From Gordius albopunctatus (Eukaryota), in the NCBI GenBank assembly GCA_964276515.1, contig OZ193910.1, forward strand, positions 6,200,001 to 6,264,000: a DNA stretch of 64,000 nucleotides. Direction: 5' to 3'. Position 1 is the first letter of the stretch; each line of letters starts with the position of its first letter. Below are positions 37,117 to 49,400 of the stretch, piece after piece. The notes beneath the pieces are model-generated. The model was given only the letters and a program-made list of their open reading frames with translations, did not search any database and was not told the DNA's origin. A program made the translations under genes and the position numbers.

Positions 37117-40100
37117 TATAACGTATCTGGTTTATTAGGTAACATAAAAGAAACAAGTGACCATTGTAATAATAATAACACGTTTAAATAGCCATTCGAT
37201 TTACAACCAATTAACAATCAATTAACATTGCGTTTCAATTCTAACGCTCGAGGTCATGCCAATTAGGTAGATAGTATTTGCATACATTACATTACTCCCC
37301 CTTTTAAAGTTGCCCTCCATCGTATCGATCAGGTGGTTTGGATACCCTTTTGTGTTCTAGAATGTTTCGTTCGGACACCGCACCTTGGTCAATCGTTTTT
37401 CTTTCCCGTAACTGATCTCCGTGTTTCCTTCTTGTATTTCCGTCTATATTAACGTCATACGTAGTCGAACTTGTTCGGGCTTCTACAAGTCCTTCCCTCC
37501 ATCCCGGACTTGTGTCATTATGTACCCACACCTGCTGCTCGGGTTCGAAGAATCTTTCTTGGGTCCATCGGTTTTTATAGTACTTTTGTTTCCAGATTGA
37601 TTCTTCAACCTTGTCGCGAGTCGTTCTCCTGAGCTTGTCTAGCGTCGTACGAATCCTTCGATTGAACATCGCCTCAGCCGGGCTAATACCTGTAGTCACG
37701 TTTTGACTACTACGCATGCTCATTAATACTTGTAGTAAGTTTAACGAGTCATTTACCCCCGAATTTTTATTCGCATAGAACTTACTTTTAATAGTTCTAA
37801 TATATCTCTCGGCTAAACCATTAGTTTTGGGGTGGTAGGGCGGTCCCGTAAATTGAACTATGCCATTGTTTTTACAAAAAATTTTAAATTCCGTAGATTT
37901 AAATTGTGGGCCATTGTCACTGACAATATATCTAGGTAACCCAAAACGTGCAAAAATTGTCCTTAAATTTTGGATAATTTTTGTTAGTTTATCTCGCCTA
38001 GCACCATTACTTCGGGCCATTTTGTAAAAGCATCAATGCAAACTAACCAATACTTCTTATTGATGGGTCCCGCTAAGTCTATGTGGACTAGAGGTGTGCA
38101 CGGATCAAATTTTTTTGATCCGATCCGAGGGGTTTTTAAAAAATTTCGTATCCATCCGATCCGATCCGAGTTTTTTAAAATCTAAATCCGATCGGATCCG
38201 ATCCGAGTTTTTTAAAAGCTAAATCCCATCCGATCCGATCCGAAATTTTTTAATTAAAATTTTACGAACAGAACTTTTTATTGATGATTAAATTCAAAAT
38301 ACATAAAAATAAGTTATAGCAATTTAATATACTTGAAATATAAAATTTTATTTGACTAATTCCATGTTATCATATAAAAATAATAAAGAATCTAAATTTT
38401 CTGGTTTAATTCGCGTTCTTCTTTCTTCTAATGTTCTTCCAGCCACCGAGAAATTTCTTTCCGAAGTGGTAGAGGTAGCAGGTATAGCTAAAAATTTATT
38501 TGCCAGCTTATAAAGCCTTGGCAGGAAATTTGTAAAGTGTATTTTTAGCTGAAGTTTTTGGAATACATTTATGATGCAAAAGATGGGAACTACCTCGAAT
38601 GGAATTATATGTGCAGATATGATGGCATTTCTTGCATATAACATAATCGGTGTATGTATCATTTTTATTTAGAAGGTCAAAGTAGCTCCGAATTTGACTT
38701 TTTCCATCTTCTTTTTTAACTTGTTTGAGAAGATTTTTTAAAATTTTTTTTATTATTGCTTCCATGACGGTTTTTAATCTGATAAACAATATTGGTGTAT
38801 TTGCTAGCTGTTACGAATCCAAATGATTATTTCCAACACCCCCCCCCCCCATTATTTTTTCCCCTTAAGTCAGCGTGACTCACACCAGACAATACCCCTG
38901 CTGCACCATGGAGATTGCTTCTAAGAAGGCAAGCTACATCATTCATGATTACCCGAAATCAAGAGGGAAAGGAGCTACGCGTGTGCTTTAAGGAAAGGGG
39001 AGAGTGATTGATGATTTTCGGAGTTGAGTTGAAATGAAATAGAAAGAGATGCGTGTCTACGTCTATCTAGGGAAAAACGCTAGGGAAATTCTGATAAATA
39101 TATTAGGGTAAGTAAGGGGTAAGGAGGTGGTATTGGGCATCAAAAATGGTAAAATAAAAAAAGAATGCAAAGATAATTACGAAAAGGTATACTAAAAATT
39201 ATTAATTTAATTATTATTGTATCCGATCCGATCCGACTAAAATAAAATGTTGATCCGATCCGATCCGACTTCCAAAATTAAAATGTTAATCGGATCGGAT
39301 TGATCCGTGCACACCTCTAATGTGGACCCGTTCCCAAGGCTTTTTAGGGACGTTCCAAGCGTATAGGGGTACCTCTTAAATGTTTGGTCGTTCTTCTTGG
39401 CAATGTTTACAGGTATTAACGTATTTTTCTATGTCTACGTCAATATTATTCCAGTACACATAGTATCTCCCTAATGACTTCATAGCCACGATTCCCGGAT
39501 GACCATCATGTAGAATTTTAAGAATATCTGGCCTTAATTTTTCCGGAATTATAAGTCGATCTTTATAAAATAAAAGATTATTTTCGAAAGAAATGTAATT
39601 TCTTAATTGCAGGTATTTTCGTACGTTATCGTTATTTGAAGAGCCTTGCCATCTATTTTTAAATTGCTCTATAACTTCTTTTAGTACAATATCTTTTATA
39701 TATTTTTTGTATTCAAAGTCAAATCATCGATTAATTGTAATTTAATTCTTCGTATATCATTATCTATGTTTAAATTATGAGGTGAATCCTTTGGGCATAA
39801 CCGAGAAAGTGCATCAGCACACTGATTAGATTTCCCTGGGATGTATTTTATATCATAATCATATTGAAGTAATTTAATTGCCCATCTTAGTAACCTATTA
39901 TTGGTTATTTTACTAAGATCCCGGGTTGTCCCAAAAATATTTATAAGAGGGTGGTGATCTGTCTGAATTGTGAATTTACGACCATAAATATAAATTACTG
40001 CCGATGCCTCTCTGTCGATGACGGAGTAATTTTTCTCGGCGGAATTTAGGGAACGAGAGGCGTAGGCAATAGGTTTTTCTTGGCCAGAGGAAAACTTATG

Positions 40101-42482
40101 CGCTATAACTGCTCCTAAACCTAAATCTGACGCGTCGATTGAAATTATGATAGGCAATTCTTTTTGATAAGGCACTATAGTTTTTCTGTTTGAGATTGTA
40201 GTTTTAACTATTTCAAAAGTTAATTTTTCTAAGTCGCCCCATACCCATTTTGTATTTATGGAAGTTAATTTGTATAAAGGAGCGCAATTTATCTGAAGGT
40301 TGGGGATAAAAGTTTCTAAATAGTTTACCAACACAAGGAAAAAACGAAGTTCCTTTTTGTTTTCGGGTGTTTTAAAATTTTTAATCTTTAGAATCTTATC
40401 CTCACTCGCTGTTATGCCTTCATTATTAATTATATGTCCTAAGTATTTGACAGACTTTTTAAATAGTTGCATTTTTGTTTGAGATGTTGTTAACCCAACC
40501 GTTTGCAAAATATTTAATACGGTTATTAATTTGTTTAAGTGATCCTTTTCGTTTTTACCGCTGATTATAACATCGTCCATAAAGACGCTCACCCCGGGTA
40601 TGTTATTAAGCAATTGTCTCATAAACCTATGAAAGATAATCGGCGCTGTTGTAAGCCCAAACGGTAATCTCTTAAAACGAAAATATCTTATATGCGTTGA
40701 TATGTTTAAATATTTCCTTGATTTCTCATCAAGTTCAAGTTGTAAAAAGGCATCTTTGAGGTCGATGATAGAAAAAATTTTACCTCCGGCTATTCTTTCA
40801 GCCACGTCGCTGAAAGTTGGTAAAATATCCTGATCTTTAGCCAAGTGTTGATTTATGGTTAAACGAAAATCACCACATATACACACCTGCCCTGTTTTCT
40901 TCTTAACATTTACAGTTGGCGTAGCCCATTTAATTGGCGTTAAAGTAGGATTAATTTTTTCAATGATGTCTTAGTTGAGTAGCCGTTGGAGTTCATCTTC
41001 TACAGTTTGTCGTAGTGGAAACGGTACTCTTCTCGCTGCAAACATTTTTGGCATCGCGTTATCATTGATTTCGAGTGTCACTTTGAAATCTTTTACTTTT
41101 CCTAATTTTTCGGAAAATACGTGGGGAAACTGTTTAATAATCGCATGTACATTTGAAGGTATTTCAATGATAGAGTTTAGGCAAACCGACTTTGGTAGAG
41201 TTAAGTTAAATTTTGAGATAAATGGCATACCAAATATTGCTGAACCTTTACCTTTGATGACATAAATATTTAAGTACTTTGTCACACCACCAACGTCCAC
41301 CTTCACTTTGGTTTTACCAAGTGTTGCAATAGCCGTTCTACCATAGCCGTATATCTTCGGAGCTTGGTAAAGTTCAGGCTTCCCGATTCGAGAACACGTT
41401 ATTTCATCAATTACGCTAAATGCCGCACCCGTGTCGAAGATCATTTCATAGGGCACATCGTTAATGCGTACGTTGATGTGGGCTTTGGTGTGATGATCGG
41501 AGTCGTGGTTGATGGCTGATAACGTATTCGTCACCGTTCTACAATTTTTTGCTATATGGTTAGGTTTCCCACACCGATAACATTTAAGGGGTGGCTTTTT
41601 CCTAAATGTGCTAAATTTAGGAAAATGTACATCTTTATTGTTGAAGTTATTAAACCACTGCTTAACCTTGTTTACTTCAACAGCCCCCGATGTTTTGTGT
41701 TCTACCGAATCTAACGCCAATACTAGATTAACTGTTTCTTCGAAACTTATGTTACCTCTCGGATACTTAGCTCTTAACTCAATGTTAAGCCTTGGTAAGT
41801 TACATCCTATGACAAATATGTCCTTTAATACCTCGTCTAGATTATTTCCAAATTTACACTTTTTCCAAAGAAATTTCAACCGAATACTAAATTCAATAAT
41901 AGTTTCGTTATTTCTACTTGCCTTATAAAATTGTTCTCTATGGTGATAAATAGAAAACTTATTGGCGAATTAGTTTCGTCTACTAATTTTGGATATAAAT
42001 AGTCTCTTATTTTTGTTAGATTGTTAAAAACTACGTAAGTAACAAAGTTTTTCGCCTTTCTCCCGTGATATCTCTCAACTTGAATAAGAGCTCAATATTA
42101 AATAAATAGTCATCAATCGAATTACTTGGATTATACAGAATTGAATCCTTTAATTCCTTTGAGTAATCGCAAGAAAAATTCGTCTCCGGTTTGATGTCCA
42201 TCTGAAAATAATATGGATAATAAATTATTTAAGTTGAACGAGGTAGGGAGCGTCTTCTACACGAGGTTGAGTTTAAGGTCCAAGGGTTTCTAAATCCTCG
42301 TCGCCATTATAGCGTATCTGGTTTATTAGGTAACATAAAAGAAACAAGTGACCATTGTAATCATAATAACACGTTTAAATAGTCATTCGATTTACAACCA
42401 ATTAACAATCAATTAACATTGCGTTTAAATTCAAACGCTCGAGGTCATGCCAATTAGGTAGATAGTATTTGCATACATTACA
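37117..42482 (-). mobile_element. Ty3/Gypsy LTR retrotransposon, Mag-like, nested in the pol of the outer element. LTRs 37117-37291 and 42308-42482
   Basis: 175-bp LTRs with 5 mismatches, perfect 5-bp TSD CTCAT, PBS TGGCGACGAGGAT (tRNA-Ser type) and PPT AAAAGGGGGAG. Zinc knuckle CYRCGKPNHIAKNC, protease FDTGA, RT FMDD, RNase H and integrase SDNGPQF. Confidence 0.95.
38089..39319 (-). mobile_element. Internally deleted hAT element inserted in the Mag-like integrase
   Basis: 20-bp perfect TIR TAGAGGTGTGCACGGATCAA, perfect 8-bp TSD ATGTGGAC and (GATCC)n subterminal arrays. BED finger (CKKC...LLHHKC) and dimerisation motif IPATSTTSERNFSVAG. Confidence 0.95.
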
Positions 42483-45052
42483 CTCATCGCTGTAACTTTC
42501 GACCTTCTGTCTTGTAGCTATGAGCTACAGTAATGACTGTGATGCATAGAGTCGAATTGTGTCGATATCGGTACGGGACAGGGTATGAGCCACAATGTTT
42601 GAACTACCTTGGATGTATTGGATGTCCGATGTGAATTGAGAAATGTAGTCCAACTGACGGATTTCTCTAGGGGAGTATTTGTCAGTCTTTGCCTTAAGTG
42701 CATAAGTCAAGGGTTTGTGGTCGGTATATACGGTGAAATTGCGTCCTTCGATAACGTGGCTGTAATGTTTTATCATAAGGTAAATGGCCAATAGTCCTCG
42801 GTTAAAGGTGCTGTAGCGTGTTTGCGTTTGTGAAAGTTTCTTTGAAAAGAAGGCAAGTGGTAGAATATCACCGTTTAATGTTTGTTGTTGTAGAACTCCT
42901 CCTACGGCGTAATTGTAAGCATCTGTAGTAAGTGATAGCTTGCTCTTTTAGTCTAAATAATATAAGCTAGTTATTTGTTTAAGAGCCAACTTTTCCTGAA
43001 TGAATGAATCCTTTGCTTCCTGTATTAACTCGATTGGTCTTTTGGTGTCGTCGAGGTGATCGGTTAAAGGTTTGAGGAGATCTGCACATTTAGGGATAAA
43101 CCGTCGGTAAAAATTTATCATGCCGATAAATCTTCGCAATTGCGTCATTGAAGTTGGGGTCGGAAATTTGTCGATGGTGTCTATTTTATCGGGTATAGGT
43201 TTTAAACCTTTAGACGTTATGATATGTCCTAAAAACTCAATTTAATTTAAGCCCCATTTACATTTTTGCAAATTGACATTATTGCCATTATCGAAAAGTC
43301 GTTGTATTACTTGTTCGACGTGTACTTTGTGTTCTGCAAGTGAAGAACTGTCGATTAATATGTCATCTAAATACACAAATGTATGGTCGAATCCTTTGAG
43401 GACGTGGTCATCTTTGAAACGTTTTTGCCGAATTTCTTAGACCAAAAGGCATGCGTAAGAATTCAAATAAACCGAATGGGGTTGTGATGGTTTTTAATAT
43501 CGTCTGGTGCCATTGGAATTTGGTGATATGCACGAACTAAATCGAATTTAGTGAATTTATTTTTACCTGCCGAGGAAAGTGAAAAATCATGTATATGAGG
43601 TAGAGGGTAGCGATTGGGAACTGTTTTGACATTTAGAGCCCGATAATCTCCGCATGGTCTCCACTCATTATTGTTCTTTTTGGGTGCCATGTGTAGTGGT
43701 GAAGCGCAGCTGCTATTTGATGTGTGGTACCAGCATAATACAGGGTCTTTTGTATTTGTTGAACGTGTGGGTCGGGAGTAAGACCGATGTCTGGAAAAGG
43801 ATCGTGTTCGTACTTTTTGTAAATCCTTTTTAATGTATCTACTGTGACATTAATGTTTTTAACCAGCTCTTTTAGTTCTTCCAACTTTTTATTTAGATCT
43901 GGTTTCAAAGAATTAATTATTGGGCTTATGAAATCGCTAGTATTCCGGTCATTGTGACTGGTAATTTATCAATCCAGAGTTGTTTGAGTAAAATTCTCAT
44001 ATAAAGCAGTAGTTGAGATAGGGTTCGGTCTCCCAGTTCTACGTTTGTAAGTAGATCGTGAAGGCGCTGCATATCGCTTCGGGATGTGCGTTTGATAATA
44101 GCTTCCTTCAGCTTTTAAAACGGAGCTTCGGTAGGTATGTTTTCTAAAAGATCTTGTATTCCTGGCGACACCTCTTGGGGAAGATTTCCGATGAGATAAC
44201 CTAATTTAGTAAATTCTTTTTTAATTTTACGTATTTTAAACAGAGATTCGATTTGAATGAACCAAATTCTTGTGTTTAATGTGTTAAAGCTGGGGAGTTT
44301 GTAGTATAACGTGTTTTCCCCATTCAAATCTTCATCCATTAGTTTAGTTTTCATTTTCGAATTCGGGGTTACCATTATTTTGCTGCCGTCTTCCCTTTAA
44401 ATACTAGTTTAATATTGTATTAAGCAAGGGAATAAATTAAGGCAACGACATATTTTATTTAATCAAAAAATGGAATGTGTAGTAAATTTTGACACCAATA
44501 AAAGCCAAATAAATTTGTTTTATAACCGCAGGTAATTATTAGCAAGCGATAAAATCATATACAGAAGATAAATATATACAGACGATAAATATACGCAGAA
44601 GATAAAAATATACAGACGATAAATTCATACGCAGAAGATAAATATACGCAGAAGATGAAATCGTATATTCAAAATAGTAAAATAAAGGATATTAATAAGT
44701 GACCATATAATATTCAAATATGGAATTTGAATATAGAGGTACCATAGCCCCTTTGGTCATCCCAAGCTATTATTTAACTAAATTTCCGCTTTGTTATTTA
44801 TCAATAAGCACTGAAAACTCTTAATTATCAATAAGTAATGAAAGAACGCGGTCAAGTAAAATTTGACATATTTTAAAAAAAGCAAACATCTTTTTAAATG
44901 TTCTTCATGGATGAAGAACGTTGAATATGAGGGTAAAAATCTTCAAAACCTTTTTAAATGATTTCAAATAGTTAGTTATAATTTTGTAATTATTATTATT
45001 TTTTTTTGTAATAAAATTTTTTATTAAATGAAACTATAAACAACTAAGAAAA

Positions 45053-45310
45053 TCATATGCGAGGTAAACATTTGAAAACTGCGATAGCGTTGAAATGACA
45101 AATAATGATTCCAATTTTCTGTTTGATTAAAAATGTTTCCCTATTGTCAAGGGTATTGGGTGCTATACGGCGTCCCAATTCTTTCAGAAGGGCTTGGGTT
45201 TTAGGACCTATTGTTGTAAGGGTAGTGGTCACTATAGGGGAGAAAAGCAGTGAGTAATTAAGTTCTGAGTATTTAGCGGACTTTAATCTTTCAGAATTAG
45301 CAAGGGGGTC
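45053..45310 (-). mobile_element. 3' end fragment of a CRE-clade LINE
   Basis: Translates as SERLKSAKYSEL...FSPIV...LLKELGRRI...DNRETFLIKQKIGI...FNAIAV, the typical C-terminus after the RLE domain. Confidence 0.65.
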
Positions 45311-45515
45311 TTTGTGTAATTATTGCCTAAAATTGATTCAATAAAATTTCACCAAAAAAAGACAAGGAGTATATACAGTTTTATAAATATTATAATTTAT
45401 GTTAAATGCCTGGCCTGGGCCGTTCACACCCTTATTTATTTTAAATCAAACTTTCAGGCCGGGTTTTTCTGGGCTCATATCTTTTAAAAGCTAGGTATCA
45501 AAATAAAAAAACAAA

Positions 45516-46331
45516 AACCTGGGCCTTTGACCCTTGTGGGAAGGGGGAGGGGGGAAGGGAAGGGGGAACGAAACTCATCTATACTCCGTATAAACGTAGC
45601 ATATTTGCTATGCAATTTATGGGCGAGAAAGGTGGGAAGAGACGAAAATGCCTATAGAGGGGTATTAAATGCAAAACGATCTAATTATTTATGCAAATTT
45701 TTCATTTAATTAAAAAAAATTGCCCTTTAAATAGAGGCATAAGCTTTTGTAGCACATGGACTCATATCATAGAGGAGAGCATAGGGTAATTATCAATGTT
45801 AACCTATTCAAAAACCAAAAATTAAAAATTTTGATTTATTTGGCCAATGGTGATTTTTTTCATTGGTTAGTAGCAAGCCGAAGGTCAAAAAGTCATATTA
45901 TCCATGGTATTAACAAGAACATAATATTAATTTAATTAAAAAAAATTTTGTCCTCTCCGGATCTCGAACCCAATCGTACAAGTCAGTAAGCTGTTCGCTA
46001 TAACCACTCATACCATGCTGCTATTAAAATTGTAGAATTTTTTATGTTATTTATATAGATAATGAAATAATAAAATTGTGTTTTATGTTTATTATATAAT
46101 AAAATGAAACAATAATATAAAATCAATATATTATAGATAATTTAACAAAAATATAAATTATTATGAAAAAATGGGGGGCCGAAAAAATATTATTAATTTA
46201 ATTTTTTTTAAAAATTCGTCCTCTCCCGGGATTGAACTCTAGACCTCCAGCTCTGGAAGCTCGCGAAAATAACTTGGTGTACGACGGACGACGGACAACA
46301 AAAAACGAGCCCATAAATTGCATAGCAATTA
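45516..46331 (-). mobile_element. Non-autonomous Helentron (DINE-1/pearl-like) ending ~110 bp upstream of the Smoothened ATG
   Basis: Both subTIRs, terminal hairpin, (GACG)n tract, and tRNA-like segments at 45951-46021 and 46220-46262. Confidence 0.85.
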
Positions 46332-46443
46332 ATATACAGCAGCAAAGCCAAAAAACGACACTTAGGACGCTCATATGATGGTCGAATTATCCGATGATTT
46401 AATAAGCGACTTCCGTGAAAGCATACATACATACCTATTACAC

Positions 46444-49400
46444 ATGGTTTTCATATGGCTTATTCAAATTTTAATTTTTACTCATTTTCATTATCTATCA
46501 TGTTTAAATCGAAATTATTATGATAATCTATCACTCTATATTGCGAATAATGATTGCTATTTAAAGCGGCAATGTCTTCATAGCGAAACTATATATTGCC
46601 TAGGTTCAAAGGTTATATTTAAAAAAATTGGAGTTATTAAAACATATGAATATCCAAAAAATTCTGATTGGAGTGTATTGAAACGCATACCTGAATGTTG
46701 GCCACATTTTCAGGAGTTTTATTGTGCCAACTATTTTGCTAAATGTGAAAATGAAAAGGTCATAAAGCCTATTTTCAAAACTTGTAAATTATTGAAACAT
46801 TCATGCCGCTTTCTTTTAAAAAGATTTCACCCACCATTCTTAACTTGTGACTATCATGATTCACCAACTTGCTCAGTAAATATTTTAAATGTTTGTTCTA
46901 ATTTTTTTATAAAGAATAATGAAAATGTGATCAATAATACATTTTCAAATAAATGTATTGAACCATTAATTTATTCAGAAAATGTGGATGCTTGGTATTT
47001 TGAAATTGATAAATGTGCTTATCCCTGTCAATCAGCTATTTTTACATACAAACAGAATTCAAAATTAATTATATATATCCAAATTAGCAATATTGTGTGT
47101 ATATGCATTACCTGCATAATTATAATATTGGTAAGAAACTCATTATATACATTTTAACAATTAGCAAAGTTTATATTAGCAAAAAGGAAAGAAGGCTTAC
47201 TATTAATTAATCCTATTATATACTCCCTATTTTGTAATATTATCCTCAATATTTCCATATTTATCTCAATCAATAACAAAAGTAATAGAAGGATAAACTG
47301 CTATCCTGATTTATCGCTTTTGATATCAAAATCAAAGTAGGAAATCAATAACTTTACATGCTATTGTTATATTCTTTTATTAATAGGAATATATTGTGTA
47401 ATCTCTCTTTTACATTGATATATTTTTCAACAATTGCTTCTTTTATATGGTATATGAATTTTGATCTTATACGGTTGAAAAAGGTATATATGATTTATTT
47501 AATTCTTTAATATATTCTAGAGTATAGATATAACAAAACTAAAATGCTCATATAAAGTTAAATATCATTTCTTTTCCTGGATTACTCCTTTTGGCTTACT
47601 TTTAATCACTTATTCATTTGTTCAGGTAATTTGATTTATTCCATCAAATTGAATGAATATATATATATATCATTAAATAAATGAACTTCTTAAAGTTTGA
47701 ACAATTTTGCAGCGTTTTATGCACCCTAACCATACCTATTTTGAATTTAAAATAATTTATAAACGAAAAGAGACATTTAACTTTTATATAAAACTGATTT
47801 CACACAAATGTACCTATTGTATAATGAAACCTGAATGATAAACCACCCGATATAGGAAAAGATGGGGTAACTAGTTTACTTTTTGGCATCAAAGACAATC
47901 CAAAATTCATATCGGTTTCTATGTTTACATATTCTTGTCATTTTTCATTTCAATTAATTAACGTACATAAGGTTTTGACTGTAATCCATTTATAACATTA
48001 GTGTACAATAAGAAATTGTGTTTTTTAGATTTTGTGCAAAATGGGGGAGTATTTCAAACTTTCGGGGGGAAGGGGTGGGTGCAGCTAAATGCCGCAAAAT
48101 ATTCTAATATGAGAGATTAGAGATCTGCACGGGCCGGCCCGGCCCGCGGACGGGCACGGACGGGCTTTGTATCATAAAAATTTTAACGGTCCGGGCCCGG
48201 ACGGGCCTAAAAATTAATGGAACGGGCTCGGGCGGGCCTGAGATTTTTTTAACGGGCTTGAACGGACCTGAAGTTTTATAAGTGGTCTTAAACGAACCAG
48301 AGATTATATAAAAGGTCTTGGAGTTACAAAGGTGCTTAAACATAAAACAATTAGAAAAAACAAAAAGTCAATATTTAGATGAAACTATTGAGTTTGAGAC
48401 AGATTTCGATCTGTTAAAATGGTGGAAAGCCAAAGAGGACAAGTATTATATTTAAAATTAATTTTATCCTTTAATAGATATCCTAAATTAGCACATTTAG
48501 CATATATGATATTATGTATACCGGCTACTAGTGCCACCAGCGAGCGAAATTAAGAAAGGCGAACTCGCCTAAAACCAGAAATTGTTGATGATTTATTATT
48601 TTTACATGATAATTATTGATGTCTTTCTATGAATATGTCAACAAATTAAATAAAATTTTGTGAAATTTTTGATGAATTAGGACGGACGCGGAGTTCGTTT
48701 AAAAAATTTTTTAACGGGCTTGGACGGGCCTGAAAAATTTACGGAGGGGCTCGGACGGGCCTAAAAAATTTACGGACGGGCCCGGAAGGGCCTTGAAATT
48801 TTAAAAACGGGTACTGGCGGGCCGACCTGCTAAAAACGGCCCGTTGCAGATCTCTATGAGAGATATAATTGCGAATAAAATAGATCGTTCAAAACCTTGA
48901 AAAAACGTTTATCGCGGTAAATTAAGGTTTAAAGTCTGGCGCCTTCAATATGAAAATTAATTGTTAAGTACAAATTTAAAAATGTATCAGCTTTAAAATC
49001 ATCTATCATTATAAATTTACGTTAAAAAATGACATTCTATCGCTTAACACTCTGTTAATCAAGAGGACCCCTATTTAATTATTTATTTTTTACATGTAAT
49101 TAAGACTTTTGATTTATCTTGAACATTTAGCCATGTTTATATTCAATTCAATCGTTATGCACGTTAGATACATGGAAATCATATGTTGGGATTTTGCTTT
49201 ATCGATCCTGAAGATCCTTTGTTTGACATATGCTTTACATATCCCCTCATGATTGTGTGTCTGCTCGGACTCGTCTTTTCTTGCAAAAGTAAATTCATAG
49301 GTGCTCTTATGTGTAAGTAGTATTATATATGTAATTTCACGTTGCGGTAGGCCTGAGACGCGTGAAGATGTTGCGCGATACACGGCACATGGCGGTTAAT

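Larger units (their letters stand above)
35476..44746 (-). mobile_element. Ty3/Gypsy LTR retrotransposon, CsRN1-like, degenerate. LTRs 35476-35845 and 44378-44746
   Basis: ~370-bp direct LTRs, 4-bp TSD GCCC, PBS TGGTAACCCCG (tRNA-Trp type) and PPT AGGGAGGGGAAT. Gag KLPxF..WF.Q.E and [21 protein letters not shown], RNase H YTDHKPL, integrase [16 protein letters not shown]. Confidence 0.92.
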
